A DNA stretch of 54,578 nt from a virus (taxonomy: Duplodnaviria > Caudoviricetes): positions 1-54,578 of the IMG/VR virus record IMGVR_UViG_3300025154_000124; one strand, given 5' to 3'. The translations under genes and the position numbers were made by a program. Under the pieces are notes generated by a model. That model was not told where the DNA came from. It saw nothing but the letters and a program-made list of their open reading frames with translations, and searched no databases. Below, one piece after another: positions 44,599 to 54,535 of the stretch; the first letter of the stretch is position 1, and each line of letters starts with the position of its first letter.

Positions 44599-44988
44599 GG
44601 AAAATGAAACATATCGCATGCGAAACATGTAAATGCAATACTTGCCAAGATGGTAATTGTAAGAGTGAATCATGCAACGAGTGTTGTCTAGAAGGAAATA
44701 AGGTTAATCCTGTTTTGGGTGATTGTCATGGGTATTCTGCGCCAGAAAATGTGAAACCATTAACGATACCAAGCGAACCGATCTCAGCTTGGTTCAACAA
44801 ACTCCTAGTCATCAACGGCCTGTACTATGCAGGAATGAGCAATGACCTATCCAATGATCGATCCGATGCTGTAGTCATAAAGAGCAAAGATGCGCTCTAC
44901 GCTATTCTGGGCGCTGTGCTTAGTTCTGTTATGCAAGGAAAGCTCGCACTGAAGCGGATTGAGGTTATCAAGGTGAAGGAGGTCCCAA

Positions 44989-45759
44989 ATGAACCGCCAA
45001 TGCCTAACCTCTTGCAAGGGACAAACTTGCCAATGCAAAACCTGTCCTGACAATAAAAAATGTGGCTATGTTTATACCGGGGATTGTCGATGGATTGAAA
45101 TTGGAGGACTGAAGCAGATGGCTAAAATTACCGTTAGCTTGACTGATGAGCAAGAGAAGTTCCTGAAACTGTTTGTCAAAAACCACTATCCAAATGCAAA
45201 GGATAACTTATGCACTTCTCAACCGATTCACGTCGTTCAATCATACAATCCTCACTATATTCCTTATGCTGAGGATACTGCTGAATACTTTGATTCTGAT
45301 GACTTGAGGTTTTGTTGGGATACTGATGATTATTCTGATTGGTTCAAAAGTGATGTTGAGGCCATTAAGAGCTACTACGATTATCGGGATGAAGTTTGTC
45401 CGATCATGATAAAACCGTTCAACCAAGTCGAATTCTCCGAGATGATCAAGGTTGACGGAAATGATATCCACGTAACGGATTATGATGACTATTTCAGGGC
45501 TTATGGTATTGAGAATATGATTATGGCGTGGGAACACGAAGAATGGAAGGATATAGCCTACTTTTTCATCCTTGAAGAAGCAAGAAAGTATATAAAATAC
45601 CAATCTCATAACCTGAAAAGTCCAAGAACATATACGCTCCATGGCGGTTATGGGAATATTGGTGAATATCATCACTTTTGGGAATTGTTGTTCGGGATTG
45701 GTAAGCAACTGAATGAACTTCCTGAGATCGGAGGCAAGAATGAAAAAGTGCGGGGATAA
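44989..45759 (+). CDS. Hypothetical acidic protein
   Basis: Likely start ATG 45118 after GGAGG. Confidence 0.55.
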   Translation: MNRQCLTSCKGQTCQCKTCPDNKKCGYVYTGDCRWIEIGGLKQMAKITVSLTDEQEKFLKLFVKNHYPNAKDNLCTSQPIHVVQSYNPHYIPYAEDTAEYFDSDDLRFCWDTDDYSDWFKSDVEAIKSYYDYRDEVCPIMIKPFNQVEFSEMIKVDGNDIHVTDYDDYFRAYGIENMIMAWEHEEWKDIAYFFILEEARKYIKYQSHNLKSPRTYTLHGGYGNIGEYHHFWELLFGIGKQLNELPEIGGKNEKVRG

Positions 45760-46568
45760 GTTTTGCAGCAACCCAGAAATCAAACTCGAGTTCGACGTCC
45801 GGAATTGCGTGGCTACGATCAAGGCGAATCATCCCGAGTGGAAAGGCGCTTGCTTTTACCAAAGAGATGGAGCAGGTTGCCAAGAGTGCGGAGGAAAGCT
45901 TGTCAGGGGTAGTAGTTGTAGTCATTGCGTAGAGTGCGGCTGGAGTCGGTGTGGATGAAAACCCTGAAATATAAGGGGGAGTCCTATCGTGTCTGCGCAC
46001 CACGTCCTAGCGGAGAGGGGAAGTATACCTGTGATGCGTGGAAGGCTAGGACTGGGCGGGAGATCAAGAATACGGAGACCCTTGATGACCTAGCGAAGAT
46101 TTGGCTTAAGGCGAATGGAAGGGGATGAAGTTTGGATACAACTGAACGAATCACAATCCTGCGTGATGGAGATAGATGCCTAGAGGGGTCGTTACACGCA
46201 GACATCAGGCATCTAGTAACAGTAGGTAGTTTACAACGCGACCATGCATGGATGTTGTGCTACGAAGAGGGAAAAAGGGCTGTGATTGCTATGCGGGATA
46301 TGTTTACTCCTGTGCTAGAGAAGGCGTACGAGGTATTCACGGAGATTTGCGAGATGTTTAACGATGCCCTAGCGATAACCCCTCCTTCTCTAGCTAAATG
46401 GTACAACCCAATCGACCGCCACAACTACCGCAAGATGCACCACATGACCATGTTACGAAGGCTTAGGTGTCGATGGAGGACCAGGGAGAGTCGTCGCTCC
46501 ATGGATGGATTAAGTCCTAAAACTGCGATCATAGACGGCGATCCAAGAGAGTTGGAGGTGATAGTCTT

Positions 46569-47000
46569 TTGACTGATGCGATCTTAACGACCAGGAGTTT
46601 CCCCGAAACCCTAAACGTCGTCGAAAAGGATTGGGGTAACTGGGTAGATGACCTAAAGCTATGTGATGCGGAGACGCAAGACCTTCTGCACGAAATAGAG
46701 TTGACTAATTTTGATAAACGTCGAGGTCATCAACTCTGCAAACAACTCCAAGAGGTTAGAAAACGCAGGCGGAATCTAAAAGAGAAAATGGAGTTGCTCA
46801 GAAGCATCAAGGAGTTCGTGGATTCCAATAGGCAACTGAAGATCAGCTTGTTCAAGACGCTGACTAGCATGGAGAGAACCGAGGAGAGCCAAGGGGAGCG
46901 ATCATACTATCCGAGGGTTAGGAATGATCTTGAACTTGCTAAGGACAGGGAGGCTATTCAGAGTCAGGATGTGTGTAGTGAGTGTTGTGCGGAATCCTAG
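46569..47000 (+). CDS. Conserved phage coiled-coil protein
   Basis: QDLLHEIEL...R..RR..K...R.Y.PR pattern common in Firmicute phages. Confidence 0.6.
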   Translation: MTDAILTTRSFPETLNVVEKDWGNWVDDLKLCDAETQDLLHEIELTNFDKRRGHQLCKQLQEVRKRRRNLKEKMELLRSIKEFVDSNRQLKISLFKTLTSMERTEESQGERSYYPRVRNDLELAKDREAIQSQDVCSECCAES

Positions 47001-47078
47001 ATATGATCAGCCGAGTTACAGCGAAGCAGATACAGTTGTGAATAAAGGGGTGAATTAGTTAGACGGAGGTGGCCAAGT

Positions 47079-47600
47079 GTGAAAAAGCTAATCGATGAGT
47101 ATCGAATTACTCTAAGACGTGTTAATAGAGCAAGAACGGAGGCCACCAACAAAGAAGATAGATCAATACTCGCAAGTTGCGTGGACAGCTTGAGCTTTTC
47201 AATAAAGTACATGGAGATGAGTAAGCATCCGGACAGTCGGCGAGGGATCACGAGACTAAGCGGGATACAGAGAGAGATACCGGTAGATCCGAGAAACCTT
47301 GATTTTGTTCGTGCTGTAGCAATGCAACGTCAGCCATCGGAGGTCAGCGAGAGAATGCGAAAGGCTATTGATGACCTAGGGATCGTGCTTAAGGCCTTAA
47401 GCACGAAGGAACAGGAAGCATACTCGTTAGTCAAGGGCAGTGGTTATTCTTTCGGAGCAACTGCAACAATCATGGGAATACAGAAAGCAACCGTCCAAAC
47501 GCTGGTTAAAAGGGCAGAAGAAAAAATATATTTTATGGTTTTGGATATAAATGACCATGGAATCGTCTTTAAGCAGGATATTCAGCTCGAAATGTTCTAA
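47079..47600 (+). CDS. Sigma-70 region-4 type late transcription activator (Xpf-like)
   Basis: LSTKEQEAY...GYS...A.IMGI.K.TVQT.V.RA..K HTH; last early gene. Confidence 0.82.
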   Translation: MKKLIDEYRITLRRVNRARTEATNKEDRSILASCVDSLSFSIKYMEMSKHPDSRRGITRLSGIQREIPVDPRNLDFVRAVAMQRQPSEVSERMRKAIDDLGIVLKALSTKEQEAYSLVKGSGYSFGATATIMGIQKATVQTLVKRAEEKIYFMVLDINDHGIVFKQDIQLEMF

Positions 47601-47634
47601 TTTTGTCATACGATTGCCACCTATATATAAGGAG
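47601..47634 (+). promoter_or_regulatory. Putative late promoter
   Basis: TTTGTCATACGATTGCCACCTATA directly after the activator; resembles the sequence found after Xpf-like genes (from memory). Confidence 0.5.
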
Positions 47635-47643
47635 TTGTTTTAT

Positions 47644-47672
47644 AAAAGAGCCTCGAGGCTCTTTTCTTTTTT
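47644..47672 (+). terminator. Palindromic intrinsic terminator
   Basis: AAAAGAGCC-TCGA-GGCTCTTTT followed by CTTTTTT. Confidence 0.7.
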
Positions 47673-47681
47673 GAGAAGGCG

Positions 47682-48191
47682 GTGACCTTGTTGTTGAAGC
47701 CAGCATTTGCATACAAGGAAAAACTACAACAGAAGTACAACGAGATTATATTCAAGGATAAATACATGTTCTACAATTGCGATGCTTATTGGAGTTATGA
47801 ATTTAAGCTTAACCCAGATTCATGGAACTCTATCGAAATGGTAAGCGTTGACTCCCAAGGTAATGTGATTGGATTTTTCAAGGCGGCACTTGATAGATCA
47901 GCGGAAAAGGTATCATCTCTAGGGGTTGTGAATTTCCATGACGCAAATTCATTGTTCGCCAAGGACTTGCGGCAATTCGTATTAGACTTATTGTTTAAGT
48001 TTAACTTCAGGAAGATTGAATGGGCTGTCGTTATCGGTAACCCGGCTGAGAAACTATACGACAGGGCCATTGCAAAATATGGTGGCAGTGTTACTGGTGT
48101 TCATAAAGAAACGGTAAAATTGCAGGATGGCAAGTATTACGATATGAAGGGGTACGAAGTATTTAGATCTGAGTTTAATCCAAGGCGGTGA
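47682..48191 (+). CDS. GNAT (RimJ/RimL-like) acetyltransferase
   Basis: F.K.NFRKIEW.V..GNPA.KLY....G...G...DG.YYD pattern. Confidence 0.7.
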   Translation: MTLLLKPAFAYKEKLQQKYNEIIFKDKYMFYNCDAYWSYEFKLNPDSWNSIEMVSVDSQGNVIGFFKAALDRSAEKVSSLGVVNFHDANSLFAKDLRQFVLDLLFKFNFRKIEWAVVIGNPAEKLYDRAIAKYGGSVTGVHKETVKLQDGKYYDMKGYEVFRSEFNPRR

Positions 48192-48354
48192 TTGCGGTGG
48201 CCAAGAGAACAATGATTCAACCAACCCTTTTTCAATGCCCGAGTTGCAAGAAGAAGTACTTCTCTTATCTGGAAAGAATGTGGTGTCCGGAGTGCTCGGA
48301 GGAGAAAGATAAGAGTGCGGGGTCGGATGATGCGGACGAATCGGAGGATAAGGT

Positions 48355-48912
48355 TTGAACGATAAAATAAAATGGTTATTAATCCTATCAACGTCATTCT
48401 TCAGTTTCATCATGGCGTTAACGTCGCCAACAGTGCATTTATATTACATCAAGATAGTAACTCCTCAGATTTATACTGCTGCACAGGTTATATCGACGTT
48501 GTCAGCGGCAATCATAACTATGTTCTTGAGCAAGCAAGCCAATCGGGATAAGTTCAAGGGATTCTTTGCCCCAATCCTGATCTTGGATTCCATCGGATTC
48601 TTCGTCTTATCGTACCTCGGAACCATGGATGCCAACATTCGCTTTATTGGATTTGCGATTCTTTTCTCCACAACGCTAACAGTTTGGTCAACAATTATGA
48701 TGGGAGTAATCAATAATACCCTATCATCGGACGAACTCACAGATTTCCAAACGCTTTCTCGTTCCTTTGGTCTCTGGGCAACGGTTACTGGTGGAGTTAT
48801 GGCGATCTTCTTAATCAATATCCTACCTCTTAACCTGGCTTTATTTCTACAGTGCGCCAGCAATGCTATTTTGGCTGTTTGTGACTATAAGGGGTTTAAA
48901 TGTTTGAGTTAG
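48355..48912 (+). CDS. Multi-TM membrane protein, half-MFS-like
   Basis: About six hydrophobic segments in 185 aa; GGAGG RBS. Confidence 0.6.
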   Translation: MNDKIKWLLILSTSFFSFIMALTSPTVHLYYIKIVTPQIYTAAQVISTLSAAIITMFLSKQANRDKFKGFFAPILILDSIGFFVLSYLGTMDANIRFIGFAILFSTTLTVWSTIMMGVINNTLSSDELTDFQTLSRSFGLWATVTGGVMAIFLINILPLNLALFLQCASNAILAVCDYKGFKCLS

Positions 48913-48985
48913 TTGATTGCATGAACGTATACCTGAAGTAATCAGGATGGAATATGCGAACAAGATTATTCTGAAGGGGTAGTCC

Positions 48986-49606
48986 ATGGCGGATAAGTTA
49001 AGGCTGATATGCGAAAAGTGCGGCATGGGTTGCGATATCCCATGTGTACCATTGAGATCCCTGTTAAAGCTTTACGATGACCTAAAAACAGAAGAGAAAG
49101 CAGGAATAATAAAAGACCTCAGAAAAGAACTAAGCTTAGCAGATTATGAAGTGGCAGATGACCTAAGGGTGTTAGGTGAAAAAATAATAAGCGCTATGCC
49201 AGAGTTGCACGTCATCAGAGATTATGAGGCAAAGATTGGCTATGTCAGAAGCTTCGAGGCAAAGAAGGATAAGGGAAGACAGATCAACGCAGATTGCAGG
49301 AAGGTCAATGGAGTATATACTGCGTACCTTCCTTTTGATTTTGTCGTAACCTTCTATGAACCCAATATTTATCATATGACAGAGAACCAGAAGAAGATTC
49401 TAATGTTGCATGAGTTGCGACACATAGGAATCGGTGAAAAAGGCTTCCGGATCGAGAACCACGACGTTGAAGATTTTAGAGATATCCTAGAAAGATTCGG
49501 CATTGAATGGAATGGATTTGACCAGGAAGTTCCAGACATCCTAGCAGAAGTAAAAGCAGGTGGTGATGGTGGAAAAAAAGCCAAGCCAAAAGGTAAGAAA
49601 AGGTAA
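48986..49606 (+). CDS. Putative phage metallopeptidase
   Basis: LMLHELRHIG (HExxH) followed by HDVEDF..I.ERFG. Confidence 0.75.
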   Translation: MADKLRLICEKCGMGCDIPCVPLRSLLKLYDDLKTEEKAGIIKDLRKELSLADYEVADDLRVLGEKIISAMPELHVIRDYEAKIGYVRSFEAKKDKGRQINADCRKVNGVYTAYLPFDFVVTFYEPNIYHMTENQKKILMLHELRHIGIGEKGFRIENHDVEDFRDILERFGIEWNGFDQEVPDILAEVKAGGDGGKKAKPKGKKR

Positions 49607-49904
49607 TGAATGGGTACCGCATGCAAAACAGATTAAAATGGCGGAGTTGCTTCTAAATCCAGAGGACAGAAGAACAAAACAAGAGAAGTGCAAAGAAGTT
49701 GACATTACCATGAAAACCCTTTGGAAATGGATGAAGGATAAACGGTATGTCGACTATGTGAATTCACAGATAGACCAATATACAAACGCTGAATTGGCAG
49801 AGGTGTGGAAGGCCTTAATCAACCAATGCAAGCGCGGAAATATACAGGCCATCAAATTATTTTTCGAGATGAAAGAACTTCATCCTGACACAAAAGCGTG
49901 GTGA
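49560..49904 (+). CDS. phBC6A51-like HTH protein (small-terminase-like)
   Basis: KQ..MAELL...TLWKW...VWKAL...GNIQAIKLFFE. Confidence 0.65.
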   Translation: MVMVEKKPSQKVRKGNEWVPHAKQIKMAELLLNPEDRRTKQEKCKEVDITMKTLWKWMKDKRYVDYVNSQIDQYTNAELAEVWKALINQCKRGNIQAIKLFFEMKELHPDTKAW

Positions 49905-50356
49905 TGTTTATGGCTAATAGCAAATGGCCAAAGGTACAAGATATGTTATTACTCGTTAGGAAATGGGCAAGAGACGGACTTACTGAGGAACAAATTTGTA
50001 AAAATCTTGGCATAAGCAAAAGCACCATGAACGAATACAAAAAGCAGCATCCAGACTTTCTGAATGCCCTAAAAAGGGGAAAAGAAGTTATCATTACCGA
50101 AATTGAGAATGCATTGATCAAACGGGCACTGGGTTACGATTTCGAAGAAATAAAAACTTCCATAAGAATGATCGGCGGAAAGGAAACCAAATACACTGAA
50201 AAAACCAGAAAGCATATACCGCCCGACGTGGGGGCTTGTGCCATATTGCTTAAAAATAAGGATCGTGGTAATTGGAGTGATAACCCAATGAAGTTAGACA
50301 TCGAAAGAGAGTTTTTAGAACTTCGCAAGCGGATCGAGGAGGATAAGTTGTTTTGA
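49898..50356 (+). CDS. Terminase small subunit-like HTH protein
   Basis: WARDGLTEEQI..LGIS.ST..YK..HP.F..ALKRGKE..IENAL.KRA.GY...PD..A...LKN. Confidence 0.72.
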   Translation: MVMFMANSKWPKVQDMLLLVRKWARDGLTEEQICKNLGISKSTMNEYKKQHPDFLNALKRGKEVIITEIENALIKRALGYDFEEIKTSIRMIGGKETKYTEKTRKHIPPDVGACAILLKNKDRGNWSDNPMKLDIEREFLELRKRIEEDKLF

Positions 50357-51591
50357 TAATTCATGATATTAATATAAATAGTATCATGAATTATAAAAAC
50401 AATCCGAGAGAAAACGACCAAGCTGTTGAGGCTGTGGCTAGATCCATTGAACAATTTGGATTCAAGGTGCCGCTTGTAATAGATAAAAACAACGAGGTAG
50501 TATGTGGCCATACGAGGTTAAAGGCTGCCATTAAACTGGGTATACAAACCGTGCCATGTCTAATAGCTGACAATTTAACCGATGAACAAGTCAAAGCGTT
50601 TAGGCTTGCTGATAATAAGACGGCGGAGTTGGCGGAGTGGGACTTCGACGCACTTAAATTAGAGATGGATGAACTAAGTGAAATGAATCTAGATTTTACA
50701 ATGGAGGATTTCGGATTTGAGCTTGAGGTCGCAGAGACAGCCCTGACCGAGATCAAAGAGGATGACTTCGACGCCGATGCGGCCCTAGCTGAAATCGAAA
50801 CTCCGGTAAGTCAGCGCGGAGATATATGGCTGCTTGGTAAACATCGTTTGATGTGCGGCGACAGCACTTCCTTTGATGACGTCAAGACACTGATGGATGG
50901 CAAGAAAGCCCGACAGGTCTTCACAGATCCACCTTGGAATGTTGACTACGGCGGGAGTGCCCATCCAAATTGGAAACCGGATAGACAGATACTAAACGAC
51001 AGCATGAGTACCGAAGATTTTAAAGACTTCATGCTTAAAGTATTTACAACCATGAGTGTGGTCAGTGAACCGGGCTGTATGACATATGTCGTTATGAGCG
51101 CCCAAGAATGGGGAAGCCTCATGGACGCCATACGTGAAGCAGGTTATCACTGGTCAAGTACAATTATTTGGAAAAAGGATTCGCTAGTGCTCTCTCGAAA
51201 GGACTACCACACCCAATATGAGCCTATCTGGTATGGATGGTTGGAGGGTAGCGCAAGGCTTTGTCCCCTGGGGGATAGAAAGCAAAGCGACGTTTGGGAT
51301 GCGCCAAGGCCGAAGCGGAGCGAGGAACACCCAACGATGAAACCAATTGAACTGGTGGCTAGGGCAATTTTCAATTCAAGCCATAAGGGCGACTTGGTAC
51401 TTGATCTGTTCGGTGGGTCGGGAACAACGCTCCTTTCTGCGGAGCAAACCGAAAGGGTCTGCAATATGATGGAGCTAGATCCCAAATACGCAGATGTAAT
51501 TGTGAAAAGATATATCAAGTATATGGGCAGCGATGCTGGTGTATTTTTAGTTCGTAACGGAGAGGAGGTATCCTTTCAAGAGGTTAATTAA
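50353..51591 (+). CDS. ParB-N domain + N6/N4 DNA methyltransferase fusion
   Basis: NNPR.N, GHTR and RLADN (ParB-like); TDPPW, HPTMKP and DLFGGSG (beta-class amino-MTase). Confidence 0.9.
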   Translation: MIIHDININSIMNYKNNPRENDQAVEAVARSIEQFGFKVPLVIDKNNEVVCGHTRLKAAIKLGIQTVPCLIADNLTDEQVKAFRLADNKTAELAEWDFDALKLEMDELSEMNLDFTMEDFGFELEVAETALTEIKEDDFDADAALAEIETPVSQRGDIWLLGKHRLMCGDSTSFDDVKTLMDGKKARQVFTDPPWNVDYGGSAHPNWKPDRQILNDSMSTEDFKDFMLKVFTTMSVVSEPGCMTYVVMSAQEWGSLMDAIREAGYHWSSTIIWKKDSLVLSRKDYHTQYEPIWYGWLEGSARLCPLGDRKQSDVWDAPRPKRSEEHPTMKPIELVARAIFNSSHKGDLVLDLFGGSGTTLLSAEQTERVCNMMELDPKYADVIVKRYIKYMGSDAGVFLVRNGEEVSFQEVN

Positions 51592-51621
51592 ATCGTTGAC
51601 TTACGCTTAATACAGAGCAAT

Positions 51622-51657
51622 GAATGTACCTACCAAGAACGAAAGGTAGGTACATTC
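51622..51657 (+). promoter_or_regulatory. 13-bp perfect hairpin covering the RBS of the next gene
   Basis: GAATGTACCTACC-N10-GGTAGGTACATTC; ATG at 51660. Confidence 0.65.
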
Positions 51658-51659
51658 TA

Positions 51660-52406
51660 ATGTCAAAACTACTGATCAACCAACCACCTCTGCAGGTTAT
51701 ACCTGCCTTGGCGGTCAAGATCGGCCTTAACGAGGCAATTATTCTCCAGCAACTACATTACTGGCTAGAGCGATCCGTAAACATACGCGAAGGGCGCAAG
51801 TGGGTATATAACGATTACGCCGCATGGCATGAACAGTTCCCATTTTGGAGCGAAAAAACAGTCAAACGCACTTTTTTAGCCCTTGAGAAACTAGGTATTG
51901 TTTCCTCTAGGCAATTTGAGAAATACACCTCAAATTACGCGAAACGTAATCGGCGAAAATGGTACACGATTGATTATGATAAATTCTCTGTGATGGAGAA
52001 TGAAAAACCATCGGAAGCCATACTGGACACCGACAAGGACAAAATGGGCCGTTCATGTGAAGAGGACAAAATGGGTCGTTCAACGTATACAGAGACTGTT
52101 ACAGAGAATACATCTGAATGGACTGAGAAAGATTGGCCCCTGATTAAAGTTTTAGGGGATGAAGGCTACGATCCGGACACCGATTCCGCGATCAAGCTAG
52201 GGCATATAGTTAAGGCTGAGCAAGCCAACCCTGATCAACTGCGCGAGGCACTACAAGAACTTACAAAGCAAAAAACACATATTAATAATCCCTTCGGTTG
52301 GGTTCGTTCCAAGATCCGTGAACTGAAGGCCCGCGACGAACTTTATTTCCAGCGCGTGCAGAGGGTATCCAAGAAAAGTCCAGCCACCAAACGTCCAATA
52401 CGATAG
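51660..52406 (+). CDS. Second replication-initiator-like winged-helix protein
   Basis: MSKLLI..PPLQV.P.LA..IGLNEAIILQQLHYWL..WVYN...FPFWS..T.KR, typical of phage Rep N-termini; internal 20-bp direct repeats. Confidence 0.75.
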   Translation: MSKLLINQPPLQVIPALAVKIGLNEAIILQQLHYWLERSVNIREGRKWVYNDYAAWHEQFPFWSEKTVKRTFLALEKLGIVSSRQFEKYTSNYAKRNRRKWYTIDYDKFSVMENEKPSEAILDTDKDKMGRSCEEDKMGRSTYTETVTENTSEWTEKDWPLIKVLGDEGYDPDTDSAIKLGHIVKAEQANPDQLREALQELTKQKTHINNPFGWVRSKIRELKARDELYFQRVQRVSKKSPATKRPIR

Positions 52407-52581
52407 GCCGTTAGACGGAATATGCGAACCAACGTGTCGTGGCATTGGCAACGTGTCGCGACACGTTCCCCTGTGTGGGTTAACCAATCGGATCATGGGC
52501 AAATACCCAACTCGGGCGATGTTGGGGGCTTAAAAGGGAAGAGAAATATTAATCAAACTGTTACAAAGGTGTGGTGATGTC

Positions 52582-53268
52582 ATGGCCAAGTACGCAATTC
52601 TGCATAATTTCTATGCTGGGGATCCATGGATAAACCTTAGGTTTAACCTGATCGCTGAACGCGGACCTTACTGCCAGATATGTGGAAAGCTAATAGCTAT
52701 TGCGCGTGAGATCATAGGTCACCACAAGATTGAGCTGACGCCTGAGAATGTGAATGATGCCATGATTTCTCTTAACCCAGACAATATTCTGTTAGTAGAC
52801 TTCGGTTGCCATAATGTCGTGCATAAACGCTTTGGGCGTCAGTTATCCGCGAGGTCAGTCTTTATCGTCTACGGTCCACCAATGGCGGGCAAGCAAGACT
52901 TGGTACAGCAGCGTGTACAACGCGGGGACATTGTCGTTGATATGGATCGACTGTATCATGCGGTGTCTATGCTGCCGAGTTTTGATAAGCCTGACAGCTT
53001 ACTTAGCAATGTTCGAGGGATTCATAGCTTACTCCTAGATAACATCAAGACCAGGTATGGTAAATGGAACAATGCCTGGGTTATCGGTGGGTACCAAGAT
53101 AAGTATAAGAGAGAGAAGTTGGCGAACGATCTTGGGGCTGAGCTTATCTTCTGCGATGTCAGTCAAGAGGAATGCTTGAGACGGTTAGAGATCGATGAGG
53201 ATAGGCAGTACAGGAAGGATGAGTGGCGTGGGTATATCAGGAAATGGTTCGAGCAATATACGGAATAA
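52582..53268 (+). CDS. HNH endonuclease fused to P-loop (AAA) domain
   Basis: CQICG..HH...N....CHNVVH followed by VYGPPMAGK. Confidence 0.82.
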   Translation: MAKYAILHNFYAGDPWINLRFNLIAERGPYCQICGKLIAIAREIIGHHKIELTPENVNDAMISLNPDNILLVDFGCHNVVHKRFGRQLSARSVFIVYGPPMAGKQDLVQQRVQRGDIVVDMDRLYHAVSMLPSFDKPDSLLSNVRGIHSLLLDNIKTRYGKWNNAWVIGGYQDKYKREKLANDLGAELIFCDVSQEECLRRLEIDEDRQYRKDEWRGYIRKWFEQYTE

Positions 53269-53617
53269 CCCAAATGGAAAATATATCAACCCTACTTATA
53301 GGTGTCTTGATTGCGGTCGTGACATTATTGAATACAAGGGGTTTACGATTGATGGGCTTAGGTGTCCAAGATGTCAGGGTCCGATTGTTCCTATTCGGAC
53401 ATCCGAAGGGATCGAAGCACGCAAAGACGGATTGACTGAGCAAGAAGGCAAAGTCATGGATGCACTTATAGCTGCATGGAATGAGTTCTTAAGGCTTGAT
53501 ATAACGCACCCTTCTGATATGCCAGACTTTACGAATGGTATACACCAATGTCAGCAGATACTTGGCATGAGGGTGTTACAAAGGAATTATCCTGAAGGAT
53601 ATCCAGTCAAGCGATAG
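53195..53617 (+). CDS. Hypothetical: zinc ribbon + helical domain (start uncertain)
   Basis: CLDC...CPRC followed by GLTEQEGKVMDAL...GIHQCQ..R.L.R.YP. Confidence 0.5.
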   Translation: MRIGSTGRMSGVGISGNGSSNIRNNPNGKYINPTYRCLDCGRDIIEYKGFTIDGLRCPRCQGPIVPIRTSEGIEARKDGLTEQEGKVMDALIAAWNEFLRLDITHPSDMPDFTNGIHQCQQILGMRVLQRNYPEGYPVKR

Positions 53618-53680
53618 CTAATTTTCGTAAGGAATAGGGTCTGCAGCCCAACAAGAGCCGAACTCCACGGCTCTTTCCTT

Positions 53681-54535
53681 ATGTTCAAATTTGGAGAACA
53701 CTGGGGGAGTGTTAATTTGATTAATAATTGCGCTGAGTGCGGTATTGAGTTCGAGAGTCCTAATGCGCGCGAGTATTGCAGTCACAAATGCTACCATAAG
53801 CATAATTATACTAAGCAGGAAATAGCGCACGTTTGTGAGTATTGTGGTAAAGACTTTACTTCAAGACAAAAGCGAACAAAGTTTTGTTCTATTGCTTGCG
53901 GTAATAAGTATAGGCGCAATGAAAAAGCCGAAGTTAAACACTGTAGGGTTTGCGGAAAAGAGTTAGGTAAACTCGTAAAGGGAAAAGCTTATTGCAGCAA
54001 GGAATGCGATGCTGTGTGGGTAAGGGAAAATCCAAGATGGGAGAGAACTTGTCAGATATGTGGAGATAAATTTAGAACTAATGAGAAAAAGCAAGATTAT
54101 TGTAGTTATGGGTGTCTAGGGAAATCAAAATCAAAACCAAACTCTATCTGCCTAAATTGCAGTAAGGAGTATAATGCACCGAGTAACCATGCCGGCAAGT
54201 TTTGTAGTCGCGAATGCTTTGTGAAATATACTGGCATGGTCGAGATAAACAATTACAAATACAAGAGCCACCTTACTGATGCGACTGCGATTAAAAGAGC
54301 AAAGCGGTATGGGGTTGCATGGGAGTATATCGACCCGTTGGATATCCTAGAGCGCGATGAATGGGTGTGTGGGATATGCCTGAAATCTGTCAATAAGAGG
54401 TTATTGTGGCCACATCCCATGTCTGCATCTTTAGATCACATAATACCGTTAAGTAAATTTGGGACACACACAAAAGAGAATGTGCAAACTAGTCATCTTA
54501 AATGCAACTGTAGTAAAGGTTCAAAGGTAGTGTAA
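53681..54535 (+). CDS. HNH (homing-type) endonuclease with tandem CxxC...(F/Y)CS..C zinc fingers
   Basis: Five CxxC-(F/Y)CSxxC repeats; ERD..VCGIC...DHIIPLSK.G.H...N....H..CN..K. Confidence 0.85.
   Translation: MFKFGEHWGSVNLINNCAECGIEFESPNAREYCSHKCYHKHNYTKQEIAHVCEYCGKDFTSRQKRTKFCSIACGNKYRRNEKAEVKHCRVCGKELGKLVKGKAYCSKECDAVWVRENPRWERTCQICGDKFRTNEKKQDYCSYGCLGKSKSKPNSICLNCSKEYNAPSNHAGKFCSRECFVKYTGMVEINNYKYKSHLTDATAIKRAKRYGVAWEYIDPLDILERDEWVCGICLKSVNKRLLWPHPMSASLDHIIPLSKFGTHTKENVQTSHLKCNCSKGSKVV

Noticed and set aside
350-54000. Numerous antisense and alternate-frame ORFs in the six-frame track
   Set aside because: They are shadows of well-supported genes, with no RBS or motifs.
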